A stretch of 64,000 nt of DNA from an uncultured delta proteobacterium (lineage in GTDB: Bacteria > Myxococcota_A > Polyangia > Polyangiales > Polyangiaceae): the NCBI GenBank assembly GCA_963806225.1, contig CAWDXG010000004.1:4416001-4480000 (forward strand), given 5' to 3'. The notes under the pieces are model-generated. The model saw only the letters and a list, made by a program, of their open reading frames with translations, made no database searches and was not told the DNA's origin. Both the position numbers and the translations under genes were made by a program. Shown here one piece after another: positions 47,301 through 57,800 of the stretch (the first letter of the stretch is position 1; each line of letters opens with the position of its first letter).

Positions 47301-47948
47301 CGACGAGCAGGGCGGGAACTTCGGGGCAGCGCTGAACCCGCCGAACGCGGGGTCGAAAGCCTGGGCGAGCTGGCGCACGGCCGCCGTGGTGGCGTCGTCG
47401 GCGACGGGCAGGGGCGGCGCGGCCTTCGAGACGTCGCGGACGTGCTGTGTCAGCTCGCTGGCCTGTTGCAGCAGGGCGTCGCGGTCGTTCTTCCACAGCT
47501 CGGCAATACGCTCCAGCAGGGTCGAAAAGCCGGGACGGCCGTACTTGTCTTCCGGGGGGAAGTAGGTCCCGGCGAAGAACGGCCGCCGGTCGGGCGCGAG
47601 GAACACCGTCATGGGCCATCCGCCGCTGCCGCTTAGCGCCACCGTGGCGGTCATGTAGATGTCGTCCAGATCCGGTCGCTCCTCGCGGTCGACCTTGATG
47701 CACACGAAGTTTTTGTTCATCAGCCGCGCGATGTCGTCGTTCTCGAAGCTCTCGCGCTCCATCACGTGGCACCAGTGGCAGGCCGCATAGCCGATGCTGA
47801 GCAGGATCGGCCGGTCCTCCGTGCGGGCTCGCTCCAGCGCTTCCGGGCCCCATGGGTACCAATTCACCGGGTTGTGTGCGTGCTGCAGGAGATAGGGGCT
47901 CGTTTCCCCGGCCAGGCGGTTTTCGTGCTTTGGATCGGCTTTGCTCAT
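44334..47948 (-). CDS. DUF255/YyaL thioredoxin-(alpha/alpha)6 protein fused to an aldo/keto-reductase-like domain
   Basis: [45 protein letters not shown]; after ~aa 700 GFGGYR, DTSTNY, SKIGY, VHNPE. Confidence 0.9.
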   Translation of the reverse strand: MSKADPKHENRLAGETSPYLLQHAHNPVNWYPWGPEALERARTEDRPILLSIGYAACHWCHVMERESFENDDIARLMNKNFVCIKVDREERPDLDDIYMTATVALSGSGGWPMTVFLAPDRRPFFAGTYFPPEDKYGRPGFSTLLERIAELWKNDRDALLQQASELTQHVRDVSKAAPPLPVADDATTAAVRQLAQAFDPAFGGFSAAPKFPPCSSLSLLLRQHRRTGDPRALSMVTTTLDGMKNGGMYDHVGGGFARYSTDERWLVPHFEKMLYDNAQLASVYLEAFQVTGNAEYRRIATETLDYVLCEMQAPEGGFYSATDADSEGEEGKFFVWQPDEVEAVLGADDARLVCAFYDITKGGNWEGKSIAHTPRTLADVAKDLGVGEDALADALTRSREKLYAAREKRVHPLLDDKILTSWNGLMIASMAEGARVLGERRYLDAGVRAARYILDSMRRADGGLFRTARKGRAHLDAYLEDYAFLADALISLYEAGAPARFLQEAQALAERLLADFGDDAGGAFFHTAHGHEELIVRTREGNDGAIPSANAVAARALARLSHHFDREDFRSRASDAIQAYGRLIERAPRAFATSLAVVDFLLEGPLELVLAGTPGSDDYDALAAAVGRHYLPNRIVGHVASAEDAKGLPLCEGKEPVGGKAALYVCRNFTCKAPVTDPAAVGEALAEGSRRADAERGSEIGRERLAGRATAEGTAAYAARHAGAAFEKLGELSVGRLGFGGYRVDDGAPEHRAALVKAFGAGANLVDTSTNYTDGRSERLVGEVLAELVAKGELSRSEVVVVSKIGYVQGENLDIARQRRTDNKPYAGMVEVGDDIWHCMHPEWLGDQLDRSLGRLGLETLDVCLVHNPEYFLADAVRRGEGPLSKIRDEFYRRLEQAFAHFEKEVERGRIRFFGVSSNTCTRPADDREATSLSRMLAAARAAGGEQHHFRVLQLPMNLVESGALFEQNNDDKTVLELARDAGIAVLVNRPLNAIVGDGLLRLADAPGIEGAPPFDAQLSRVQSLEQEFRRNIAPHLQTAKGSAPASSLFNWGDQLAKLPARIESLEQWRDIERQVIAPRVGHALSMLDQALKGELAEQFRDFRVRYLPELDKLLGALRGKAAEKSRARTARIVHAIDPLLPEQQRGETLSRKALWSLTSVPGVTTVLVGMRQPEYVDDALGISGWEALGNVKAVFEAVRGVVG

Positions 47949-48033
47949 CGCACTGGTCCCGTAGGGCGCCCGGAGGAGCGGCGCAAGGTCGGGCCTCGTT
48001 CGCAGCCCCCCGCGCGCCGGCCAGCGGTGTACG

Positions 48034-48639
48034 ATGCCGGCCGTGGAGGCGACCGACGAGGAGCTGATGAGCGCCTACGTGGCGGGCGACTCGGCCGCTT
48101 TCCATAAGCTGTTCGAGCGCTACGCGCCCGTGCTGCTGCGCGTGATGATGCGACAGCTCCGCTCACCGACCGACGCACAGGATCTGGTGCAGCAGACCTT
48201 TTTGCAGCTGCACCGCGCGCGCTTCGACTTCAAGCAGGGAGCGAAGCTCCGGCCGTGGCTGTTCACGATCGCGTTCAACCTCAAGCGCGAGCACTTCCGT
48301 CGCAAGAAGCGCCGGCCCGAGTCGCCGCTGGAGCTGGACGGACGCGCCGACCCCGCCGTCGCTCCGCGCGGGCAGGAGCAGAGCGACGCCCGGCGGGCGC
48401 TGGTGGCCGCACTGGAGAAGCTGCCGGAGGACCAGCGCGAGGTGATCGCGCTGCACTGGTTCGAGGGCTTCTCGTTCCCGGAGGTGAGCCAGCTGGTGGG
48501 CGCCAGCGTGAGCGCTGTCAAGGTGCGAGCGCACCGCGGGTACGTGACGCTGCGGCAGCTTCTCGGCGACAAGCTTCCCGGTAACCCGGAAGGCGGTTCC
48601 GGCATATCCCAAGGAGGGCAGAACCTTGGAATGCCGTGA
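48034..48639 (+). CDS. ECF sigma factor
   Basis: [25 protein letters not shown]....G.S..E.....G.....VKVRAHRG. Confidence 0.92.
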   Translation: MPAVEATDEELMSAYVAGDSAAFHKLFERYAPVLLRVMMRQLRSPTDAQDLVQQTFLQLHRARFDFKQGAKLRPWLFTIAFNLKREHFRRKKRRPESPLELDGRADPAVAPRGQEQSDARRALVAALEKLPEDQREVIALHWFEGFSFPEVSQLVGASVSAVKVRAHRGYVTLRQLLGDKLPGNPEGGSGISQGGQNLGMP

Positions 48640-49474
48640 GATCCGTGACGCACTCGTGCAGGGGCAAGCGCCCCTGGGCGCGGACGTCGATGCGCATCTC
48701 GCCGCGTGTCCCGGTTGCGCCGAGCTCCTGGTCGACGACGGGCAACTCGGCCAGGCGCTCGCGACGAGCCAGCCGCCGGAGCTGGACGCGTCCGCGCTGC
48801 TCGGCGGGGTGCTCGGCTCGATCGAGAAGGAGCGGGGCATGCGCGCCTGGCTCCGGAGCCGGAGCATGCTCGTGCGGGTGGGGCTGCCGCTGGCGGCGGT
48901 GCTGCTGGTCCTGACCTACGTCCTCCTGTTCAAGCGGCGTCCGGATGTCGGCAGCTGGTTGCCCGTCGATTTCGGCGTCGCTGTGGCCCTCTATGCGCTG
49001 CTCATCGGTGCAGCGGTCGTGCTGGAGCTGCGCCCGCTGGAGCTGCGGCCGCTGCCCGCCTGGCTCAGGCCGGTCCTGGTGACGCTTGCGCTCGCCCTGC
49101 CCGTGCTGTTCGTGTGGTTGCCGCAGGCCCACCACGCGCCGCTGGCCTATGCGCCGCCGGGCAAGAGCTTCGGGCAGCTGGCGTTCGGCTGCTTCGCCTT
49201 CGGCACTGCGCTGGCGCTGCCGGCGTTGGCGCTGCTCTGGGCTGCGGATCGCGTGGGCCACCGCAGTTTCCGGCTTGCGCTGCTGGCGGCGGCCATCGGT
49301 GGCCTGATCGGCAACCTGGTGCTCCAGTTCCACTGCCCGATCACCGACCCGGCGCATCTGCTGGTCGGGCACGCGACCATCGGCCTGGTGCTGGGCGGCG
49401 TCTACGCGGCGTGGTTGATGCTCCGGACGGCACCCCTCGGGCGGCGACAGCAAGGCGATCACCCCCAGGGGTGA
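48626..49474 (+). CDS. Membrane anti-sigma factor (zf-HC2, NrsF/DUF1109-like TMs)
   Basis: HLAACPGC ZAS motif; TMs with C...FHCP....HLL.GH; overlaps the ECF gene. Confidence 0.8.
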   Translation: MECREIRDALVQGQAPLGADVDAHLAACPGCAELLVDDGQLGQALATSQPPELDASALLGGVLGSIEKERGMRAWLRSRSMLVRVGLPLAAVLLVLTYVLLFKRRPDVGSWLPVDFGVAVALYALLIGAAVVLELRPLELRPLPAWLRPVLVTLALALPVLFVWLPQAHHAPLAYAPPGKSFGQLAFGCFAFGTALALPALALLWAADRVGHRSFRLALLAAAIGGLIGNLVLQFHCPITDPAHLLVGHATIGLVLGGVYAAWLMLRTAPLGRRQQGDHPQG

Positions 49475-50674
49475 TTGACAGCCCTCGGCGGGGACGCGGA
49501 GACTCCGGAAGTGGCTGCAGCGGGCGGAGCGTCGCGCCGGAGGGTGCTCGTCGTGGACGACGAGCCCGCGGTGCTGCGCGCCTTCCGCCGCACGTTGGAG
49601 CGCGCTGGCCTCGAGGTAGACAGCGCATCGACTGGTGCGGACGCGGTCGAGCGTTTCCGGCGCGATCTTCCCGACGTGGTCGTGACCGACATCAGCATGC
49701 CGGGCATGGACGGCATCGAGCTGATCCGCGCCCTCCGCGATACCAGCCTGGATTGCCCCGTCATCCTCGTCACCGGCGTGCCTGGCGTCGACTCGGCGAT
49801 CCGCGCGATCGAATATGGGGCGTTCCGCTATCTCGTGAAGCCGGTCGACAACGCCGAGCTCGTCCAGGTTGTCGAGAAAGCTGTGCGCATCCACCGCCTG
49901 GCCTCGCTCAAGCGCCAGGCCATGGTCGAGCTTGGATCCGGCGATCGCCAGGTCGGCGATCGCGCCGGGCTCGAGACACACTTCACGCGCGCGATGGAAT
50001 CGCTGTTCATGGTCTACCAGCCGATCGTGAGCTACGCGGAGCGCTCGCTGTTCGGCTACGAGGGCTACGTCCGCTCACGCGAGCCGAAGCTGCCGCATCC
50101 GGGCGCGCTGTTCCACGCCGCCGAGCGTCTGGGGCGCGTGCAGGAGCTGGGGCGCACCATCCGGCGACTCGCTCCGGAGCCGCTGATGGGCGTGGACGAC
50201 CCTTTGCTGTTCCTGAACGTGCACCCCAGCGACCTCGACGACGACGCGCTCTACGACCGCGCGGCGCCGCTGTCCCGCATCGCCGATCGTGTATTTCTGG
50301 AAGTGACCGAGCGCGTGTCGCTGCATTCGATACCGAACGTGTCCGCGCGCATCACCTCGCTGCGCGAGCGCGGCTACCGGATCGCGCTCGACGATCTGGG
50401 TGCCGGCTACGCTGGGCTCAGCAGCTTCTCGTTGCTCGACCCCGAGATGGTCAAGCTCGACACGTCACTCGTGCGCGACATCGACAAGAGCTCGATCAAG
50501 CGCAAGCTGGTCGAAGGCATTGTCTCGGTCTGTCGCGATCTGGGCACGTTGGTGGTGGCAGAGGGCGTCGAGACACCGGCGGAACGGGACGCGTTGCTGG
50601 AACGGGGTTGCGATCTGTTCCAGGGGTTCCTCTTCGCACGACCTGGCGAGCCGTTTCCTGTCGTCAGCTGGTAG
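49475..50674 (+). CDS. REC-EAL response regulator (c-di-GMP phosphodiesterase-like)
   Basis: VVDDE, TDISMP; YQPIV, EGYVR, FLNV, EVTER, ALDDLGAGYA, KLD, AEGVE, QGFLF. Confidence 0.9.
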   Translation: MTALGGDAETPEVAAAGGASRRRVLVVDDEPAVLRAFRRTLERAGLEVDSASTGADAVERFRRDLPDVVVTDISMPGMDGIELIRALRDTSLDCPVILVTGVPGVDSAIRAIEYGAFRYLVKPVDNAELVQVVEKAVRIHRLASLKRQAMVELGSGDRQVGDRAGLETHFTRAMESLFMVYQPIVSYAERSLFGYEGYVRSREPKLPHPGALFHAAERLGRVQELGRTIRRLAPEPLMGVDDPLLFLNVHPSDLDDDALYDRAAPLSRIADRVFLEVTERVSLHSIPNVSARITSLRERGYRIALDDLGAGYAGLSSFSLLDPEMVKLDTSLVRDIDKSSIKRKLVEGIVSVCRDLGTLVVAEGVETPAERDALLERGCDLFQGFLFARPGEPFPVVSW

Positions 50675-50725
50675 CGGCTTGCGTGCGGCGCACGCGGTGG
50701 TACGAAAACCGCAAGGAGTCAAAGC

Positions 50726-51034
50726 ATGACTCATGCAGATCGTGAAAAGCGCAATCCGCCGAGCGTAAAGCGTCATGCCCGCCGCGACGGTGCGGACGCG
50801 TTCTTCCCCGAGAGCTCGCCCCACACCGGCGACGCGCTCGCCGAGAACCTGGCCCAGGAGTACCTCGAGTCGGCAACGTCCGGAGAGGAGCGCGGCGAGG
50901 AAGCCCTGAACGAGCTGGTGTCCGAGGAGATCGGCGGGCCGTTCATCGAGACGAGCTCGGCGCTCGAGCCCGACGAGCTGGCACCGCGAACCCGGGAGCC
51001 GGGCCGGCGCGTACGGCGGCGCAAGCGCCACTGA
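50726..51034 (+). CDS. Small acidic hypothetical protein
   Basis: AAGGAG RBS; DALAENLAQEYLESATSGE..EEIGGPFIET. Confidence 0.7.
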   Translation: MTHADREKRNPPSVKRHARRDGADAFFPESSPHTGDALAENLAQEYLESATSGEERGEEALNELVSEEIGGPFIETSSALEPDELAPRTREPGRRVRRRKRH

Positions 51035-51082
51035 GAGCGTTGCTATCCCGCGAACCTCTCCGCAACGGGAGTGCGGGCAGGC

Positions 51083-51725
51083 CTATCCCCTCGCGTCGCT
51101 GAGCGAGCGCTTGCTGCCGGGCCGGCCGCCCGCGAGCGTCTCGTTGTGCTGCTCGGCGGACAGGCCGTGTGCGCTCGACAGCTTGGTGTCGGCATGCGGA
51201 TCGTCGGAACGCGCGATGGAATCCCGGTGCGCGGCGCTCGTCGCTCCGGACAGCGGATTCGTGCTACCGGGGCGGCCGCTCGCGAGCGTGCGTCCCTCGC
51301 CGGGTTCGACGTGGTGCGGGTGAATGTGCGTCGGCGGCGGGCTGGACGTCGCGCGCGGAGTGAAAAGGTCCGCCATGGCGCGCGGCAGATGCACGCGGAG
51401 ATGCTGGCGCCCCTCCACGCCCACGGCTTCGGAGAGCACCTGGCAGACGACCTGCGCGTGCTCCCGCGCGAAGCCGACGGGAACGCCCGCGCGATGTGCG
51501 ATTCTCGCGATAGAACACATCGGGCTCCACGTCGTTCCGGAAGCGTTCGCGGCGAAGGAATTGCGCGATGCGTTCCGGCAGGTGGCGCGCTACCTCCTTC
51601 GCGTGCGCATCGGGAAGGTGCGTGCCGAGCACCTCGAGCGTGAGCTCGATGGCGCCCTCTGCTTGCCCTTCGAGCGGCAGAACGGCCCGGTTGGCGACTT
51701 CCTGTACAAACTGTTCTTCGTTCAT
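51083..51725 (-). CDS. DUF2267-family protein with duplicated C-terminal TLAxGRPGS motif; frameshift near 51508
   Basis: MNEEQFVQEVA...TLEVLG..L...LP then RIAHRAGV...AQVVCQVLSE...LP in another frame. Confidence 0.75.
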
Positions 51726-52180
51726 GAATTGCTCCCCGCGTCGGCTATGCAGCATCCATGCCGCAAGCTGGTCGCGCCGCGCGTCATGGCATGATGAGTC
51801 AGGTCATCGGCGAGCGCGCGCAGCTGCTCCAACCCGAATGGTTTGCTCAGCACGGCGGCCACGCCCAGCCGTCCCGCGTGCGCGCGCGCGTCGTCGGTTG
51901 CGAAAGCGGTGATCAGGATCACGGGGATCCCGAGCTCGGTCCCGCCCATCGCCGCGATCGCCGCAAGCCCATCCTGGTGCGGCATGTCCACGTCGGTAAC
52001 GATCAGATCCGGAACGTCACCGGCCACGTGCATTTCCGTGACGGCTCGCACGAGCTCGTCGCCGTCCGCTACTCCCGCTACCACGAAGCCGTCGCGCTCG
52101 AGCACGCTCGCGAGCAGCACCCTGAGCTCACGGTCGTCGTCGGCGACGATGGCGCGCCTGCGCCTGCTTGTTGGCGGCAT
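51722..52180 (-). CDS. Single-domain response regulator
   Basis: IVADDD, PDLIVTDVDMP, ILITAF, KPF. Confidence 0.85.
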   Translation of the reverse strand: MPPTSRRRRAIVADDDRELRVLLASVLERDGFVVAGVADGDELVRAVTEMHVAGDVPDLIVTDVDMPHQDGLAAIAAMGGTELGIPVILITAFATDDARAHAGRLGVAAVLSKPFGLEQLRALADDLTHHAMTRGATSLRHGCCIADAGSNS

Positions 52181-52309
52181 CGGCGCGCCGGCCTTCTCGG
52201 TCGGATCCAGCCCGCCGGCGTCGCCGGTCGGAGTAGGCGCGCCGGCGTCGCCGGACGGCCGCGCCGCATCGGAAAAGAGCAGAGCCACCTGGTCCTCGGT
52301 CGGCCATGA

Positions 52310-52426
52310 AGCAGGAAGCGTTCCAGATACGGCGCCGTCTGTTTGCCCGATTCCAGGGCGGTTCCGCGCTGTTGCGGGGTGTGGTGCAATGCCACAAAGG
52401 GGCGCCGTGGCCGCAGGATCGCCACA
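52310..52426 (-). promoter_or_regulatory. Sigma54 promoter with upstream dyad (enhancer-like) sites
   Basis: TGGAACGCTTCCTGCT (52325-52310); TGTGGTGCAATGCCACA (52380-52396); CGTGGC..GCCACA (52406-52426). Confidence 0.55.
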
Positions 52427-52475
52427 ACGCGGTGTTGCCGCTCTGGGCGCTCCTGGTCTAGCTTGCCGGGCCGAT

Positions 52476-52530
52476 GGCGGTGGAGTCCGCCGGCAATCGC
52501 CGCCCGCACCGGCCAGCCAATGACTCCCCG
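52476..52530 (+). ncRNA. Fluoride riboswitch (crcB motif)
   Basis: GGCGGTGGAGTCCGCC (P1 GGCGG/CCGCC), AATCGC, GCCAATGACTCC (pseudoknot GGAGTC/GACTCC), directly upstream of crcB. Confidence 0.85.
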
Positions 52531-52592
52531 GGAAGGTTGGTGGCGCCGTAGGAGTCCCCCGGAACGTCCTCGTCGCCTGCACGGGAGAAGCG

Positions 52593-52976
52593 ATGGATAG
52601 GTTCTTGTGGGTCTGCCTGGGTAGCGCGATGGGAGGGGGACTTCGCTATCTGGTTTCGCTGGGTATGGGGCGGCTGTTCGGGCCCGCGTTTCCCTTCGGG
52701 ACGCTCACGGTGAACTTCGCGGGCTCGTTCCTGATCGCCGCGATCATGACCGTCGGGCTCACGTCCACGTTGATCGGTCCGACCACCCGGCTGCTGTTGA
52801 CGACCGGGATGATGGGAGGTCTGACGACCTACTCGACGTTCAACTACGAGACGCTGGAGCTGTACCGGAATGGCGCGGCGATGCTGGCCGCCGTGAATAT
52901 CGCCATCACGGTTGTGCTGTGCCTGGTCGGAGGCGCGCTCGGCTTTGTTGTGGGACGCTGGTTTGTGGGAACCTAG
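52593..52976 (+). CDS. crcB: Fluoride efflux channel Fluc/CrcB
   Basis: GSAMGGGLRY, FPFGTLTVNFAGSF, TGMMGGLTTYSTF. Confidence 0.95.
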   Translation: MDRFLWVCLGSAMGGGLRYLVSLGMGRLFGPAFPFGTLTVNFAGSFLIAAIMTVGLTSTLIGPTTRLLLTTGMMGGLTTYSTFNYETLELYRNGAAMLAAVNIAITVVLCLVGGALGFVVGRWFVGT

Positions 52977-53005
52977 GGATGGAGACGGGTTCCAAGGAGG
53001 GCACG

Positions 53006-53353
53006 ATGAGAGTCCTGGATGGGATGCAGACTCTGGTGAGGATTTTCATCGGGGAGAGCGACAGGTGGCACCATCAAGCGCTGACCACGGCGCTCATCGA
53101 ACGCTTGCGCAAGGAGGGGTTCGCCGGCGCGAGCGTGTTCCACGGAGTGGAGGGCTTTGGCGCGCGCAGCGTGCTTCATACGGCCCACGTGCTGCGGATG
53201 AGTGAGGATCTGCCGGTACTCATCGAGGTCGTGGACACGCAGGAGATGATCGACGAAAAGCTCCTGCCGATCCTCGACGAGATGGTCGGCGAAGGGCTCG
53301 TCACAATGGAGCCTGTGCGCGTGCTCCGCTACGCGCCGACGAAGAAAGACTAG
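53006..53353 (+). CDS. DUF190 (PII-like) protein
   Basis: RIFIGESD, AGASVFHGVEGFG, SEDLPVLIEVVD; commonly found beside crcB. Confidence 0.92.
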   Translation: MRVLDGMQTLVRIFIGESDRWHHQALTTALIERLRKEGFAGASVFHGVEGFGARSVLHTAHVLRMSEDLPVLIEVVDTQEMIDEKLLPILDEMVGEGLVTMEPVRVLRYAPTKKD

Positions 53354-54624
53354 GCTCCGCGCTCGAGCAGCACGACGTGCTCGCGGCGCGGCTTCTTCCG
53401 GAACGCAGAAGCGGTCGGCGCGTGGAAGTAGGGGCGGACCTGGGACGCCACGGCGGCGAGCGACAGCTGCGCGCGCGGCGCGAGGCGTTCGAGCAACTCG
53501 TCGGCGTAGACCGCGGTCCCACCCAGAACCGAGTCGGCGATCACCAGTGCGATCTTCCCGTCCGGGTGCACGACGCGGGCCATCTCGGTCAGGCATGCGC
53601 CGAACTCGCGCTCCCAGCGCCGGAGCGCTTCGGTGTGCGGCAGTCGTGACAGATTCCGGCGCGAGCCGATCTCCTTCTTCGAGAACGAGCGGGCGTCGAG
53701 ATCGAGCCAGGCGAGTCGCGAAGCGTGGTGCTCGATGTAGTCGTACACGCCCGGATAGGGCGGCGAGCTCAGCACAAGATCGATCGAGGCGGGACGCACG
53801 TGTTCGAGATCGCGGGCATCGCCGACCGCCACGCGGGCATCCGGGGTGCGCCGGGGCACGCGCTCCGCGAAGCCGGCGATGCGCTGCTCCAGCTCTTCCG
53901 CCTTGCGCGTGAAGAGCTTGATCGTGTAGCCGCTCGCCAGCCGCCGGCCCGTCACGCGCCGCGCCGTCGTGTCGCCCGGCCGGCGGCTGACCTTGGTGAG
54001 GATGGCCGAGAGCACCAGCCGGAGCGCGCGCTTCAGATCCTCGCTCCCGGCCAGCGCGTCGATGCCCGCCTTGAGCCCGTCCAGCTCCAGCAGCACGTGC
54101 ACCTCGAACAGCTCGCGATCTTCCGCGTCGTAGCGCCGTGTCGGTCCGGCCTTCGCCTTGCGCCGCGTCTCGGCGTGCTCCGCGACCTGGCGCGCGGCGG
54201 CCAGGAGCTCCGCACGCCGGCGCGGAGGCAGGCTCCGGGTCTTGAGCCAGGCGAGCTCGACCGCGAGGGGGTTGGCGTCCACCCCGAACGCCTGCCGTCC
54301 GAGCAGCCGCGCCTCCACGAGCACCGTGCCACTGCCGCAGAACGGGTCGAGAACGCGGGCGTGGGCGCGGGTCAGTTTCTCGATCAAGCGCGAGGCCGTA
54401 AGCGGGTGCAACCGCGCCGGATAGCTGTGGAAGCCATGCACGTGCGCCATGACCGCCTTCTCGTCCGGCGTCACGTCGAGCGCCTGCTCCAGCGCGCTCT
54501 TCTCCTGCTCGCTGCCGCCGCGGAATTCGACCTTGCCGCCCACGTGGCTCAACGCCCGGCGTTCAGCGCGTTCCTGCGGCTCGGGTTCGGTCTTGGGGGC
54601 GGTCTTGCGCTTGCGCGTGGCCAT
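53350..54624 (-). CDS. Orphan amino-DNA methyltransferase (SPPY, N4-C type likely)
   Basis: HGFHSYPAR, LDPFCGSGT (motif I), SSPPY (motif IV). Confidence 0.8.
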   Translation of the reverse strand: MATRKRKTAPKTEPEPQERAERRALSHVGGKVEFRGGSEQEKSALEQALDVTPDEKAVMAHVHGFHSYPARLHPLTASRLIEKLTRAHARVLDPFCGSGTVLVEARLLGRQAFGVDANPLAVELAWLKTRSLPPRRRAELLAAARQVAEHAETRRKAKAGPTRRYDAEDRELFEVHVLLELDGLKAGIDALAGSEDLKRALRLVLSAILTKVSRRPGDTTARRVTGRRLASGYTIKLFTRKAEELEQRIAGFAERVPRRTPDARVAVGDARDLEHVRPASIDLVLSSPPYPGVYDYIEHHASRLAWLDLDARSFSKKEIGSRRNLSRLPHTEALRRWEREFGACLTEMARVVHPDGKIALVIADSVLGGTAVYADELLERLAPRAQLSLAAVASQVRPYFHAPTASAFRKKPRREHVVLLERGA

Positions 54625-54899
54625 CGGCTCGCACGTTGTACTGCCCACTCGGGGAAAGTCCCGAGGAAATTCGGTGCCGGCTGGATCAGCGGCGCACGCT
54701 GACCTCTTGCGGTAGTGCATCGAGTGCATCCTGGCACTCGCGCGCGGTAGCGGTCCTTCCGTCGAACGATTCGCCGGGGATCGCTTCCAGCGAGGAGAAG
54801 GGCAGGGGCACGACGCGGCCGAGCGATCGGACGATGGTGGCTGCACCCCGCGCGCAGATCGCCCGCCGCCTCTCCACCGCGCGCTGCTTTGACGCTAGC

Positions 54900-57800
54900 A
54901 TGTCACGAGTCATGCGGGCCGGCGATCTCGTCGCGGACAGGTTCGAGCTCCTGGAGCTAGCCGGCGAGGGCGGCATGGGGGTGGTCTTCCGCGCCCGCGA
55001 CAGGCAGAGGGGAGTGGACGTCGCGCTCAAGCTGCTGCGCGACGAGACCGTGTGGCACGAGGCGCGCCGCAGCCGCTTCGCGCGCGAGGCGCGCGTGCTT
55101 GCCGAGCTCCGCCACCCGAACGTGGTGCAGTACGTGGCGCACGGAGTCGACGAGGCGGAGCGCTACTACCTGGCGATGGAATGGCTCGAGGGCGAGGACC
55201 TGGCGGCGCGACTGCAGCGGGAGGGCCTGACCGTCGACGAAAGCCTGGGTGTCGCGCGGCAGGCCGCTTCAGCGCTGGCGCACGCACACGCGCAGGGCGT
55301 GGTGCACCGCGATCTCAAGCCGGCCAATCTGTTTCTAGTCGACGGTCGTGTCGACCGGATCAAGGTGCTCGACTTCGGGCTTGCACGGCTTCGTCTGAAC
55401 GCGGAGCAGGCCGTTACCCTGACGCGCAATGGCGTGCCCATCGGGACGCTCGGCTACATGGCGCCCGAGCAGGCGCGCGGCCAGGGTGACGTGGACGCCA
55501 GCGCGGATGTGTTCTCGCTCGGTTGCGTGTTGTTCGAGTGCCTGACCGGGCGGGAAGTGTTCTGCGGCGATCACATTCTCGCCGTGCTTGCCAAGATCGT
55601 GCTCGACGACGCGCCGCGTGTTCGCGAGCTCCGCCCCGACGTGCCCAGGGACGTGGATCGGCTCGTGAAGCGCATGCTCGAGAAAGAGTGCAGCGCACGC
55701 TTTGCGAACGGCGCGTCGCTTCTCTCCGCGCTGTCCGCCCTGGGGGACAGGCTCGCAGCGGGCGCAGCTCCGTCGATCCGCCCCTCTGGTCTGACCCGTG
55801 ACGAGCGCGTGGTGCTGAGCGTAATCCTCGTGGGACAGGCGTACGGACTGTCGGACGATACGCTGTCTGCCGCCGCGCTCGACGACCTCCTGTTCGGGCT
55901 GCGTGCGCGCGCCGACGCATACGACGCGCGGCTCGAGCCGCTCGCCGACGGCTCCCTCGTGCTGACCCTGATGGGGCACGAGGCTGCCAGCGACCAGGCA
56001 TCGCGTGCCGCGCGCTGTGCTCTCGACTTCCGCGCCGCCTTGCCCGATGTAAAGATGGCGCTGGCGACCGGCTGGGGTGTCGCAGCGGGCCGGTTGCCCG
56101 TCGGCGACGTCGTTGATCAGGCGGCGCGTCTGCTCGCGTTCGAGACCGCACCGGATGCGGTGCGCATCGACGACGTGACTGCGGGTCTGTTGCCCTCGCG
56201 TTTCCAGGTGAGCGGAGACGCGGGCGGGTTGACGCTACTGGTCGAGCGCGACGTGGCCGCGCCGGCCCGCCTGCTGCTGGGCAAGCCGAGCCCTTGCGTC
56301 GGCCGCCGGCGCGAGCTCGGGACGCTTGAAGCGATCGCAGCCGAGTGCTCCGGCGAGCCCGTGTCGCGCGCTGTGCTGATCACGGGCCCCGCCGGCATCG
56401 GGAAATCGCGGCTCCGCTACGAGCTCGTCAAGAGGCTCGAGGCTCGCGGCGACGCCGAGCTGTGGATAGCGCGCGGCGACTCGATGCGCGCCGGCTCTCC
56501 TTTCGGCCTGCTCGCGCAGACGATCCGGCGCGCCTGCAACATGGCCAACGACGAGCCGCTCGACGTGCAGCAGCTGAAGCTCGCGCTGCGCGTGGCGCGC
56601 CACGTGCCGCAGGGCGACCGCGCCCGGGTCGCGGAATTCCTTGCCGAACCGTGCGGCGTGCCGTTCGTGGGCGATGTCAGCGTCCAGCTCAGGGCTGCGC
56701 GACAGGATGCGATGTTGATGAGCGACCAGATCCGCCGCGCATGGGAGGACTTCGTACAAGCCGAGTGCCGCGCGCACTTCGTTCTGCTCGTGCTCGAAGA
56801 TCTGCAATGGGGCGACCTGCCGACCGTGAAGCTGGTGGGCGGCGCGCTGCGCAGCGCGCAGGAGCTGCCGCTGATGGTGCTCGGCGTGGCGCGTCCCGAG
56901 GTGCACGACGTGTTCCCCGGGTTGTGGAGCGACCGCAGCCTGCACAAGCTCACGGTCGGTGGGCTGAGCCGTCGGGCGGGCGTGGAGCTGGCGCGCGGGA
57001 TGCTCGGCGAAAGCGCCAGCGACGCCGAGATCGATCGCATCGTGGAGCGCGCCAGCGGCAACTCGTTCTACCTGGAGGAGCTGATCCGCGCTCACGCCGA
57101 GGGCCGCTACGCCGCACTGCCGGAAACGGTGCTGGCGATGGTCCAGAGCCGGCTCGAAGCCATGGAGCAGGAAGCGCGGCGAGTGCTCCGCGCGGCCAGC
57201 GTGTTCGGTCAGGTGTCCTGGCTCGGCGGGGTGGCGGAGTTGCTCGGCGGACCGGGGCATGTCGGCGAAGCGCGTGAGTGGCTGACGGAGCTGGAAACAC
57301 GCGAAGTGATTTCCCGGCGCAGCGCGTCGCGCTTCTCCGGTGAAACCGAATACACTTTCCGTCACGCCTTGGTGCGTGAGGCCGCGTACGCGATGCTCAC
57401 CGACGCCGATCGCGTGCTCGGTCATCGCCTGGCCGGATACTGGCTCGAAGGCGCAGGCGAGAGCGACGCGTCGCTCGTCGCCGAGCATCTCGAGCAAGGT
57501 GGGGAGCGGGAGCGCGCCGTCCCCTGGTGGCTGGCCGCCGCCGAAAGCGCGCTCGACGCCAGCGATTTCGACGCGGCCGCGGAGCACGCCCAGCGCGGCG
57601 TCGGGTGCGACGCGGAGGGCGAGGTGCTCGGCGCCTTGTTGCTCGTGTTGGCCGAAGCCGAGCGCTGGCGCGGCGCGCCGGACCATGCGGAGCGAACTGC
57701 GCGGCAGGCCATGCGTCTGCTGCCACGTGGCGGCGCGCGGTTCTGCCACGCTCTAGCCGAGCTCGCTCTGCTCTACCAGCGCCTGGGTCGTCCTGCCGAG

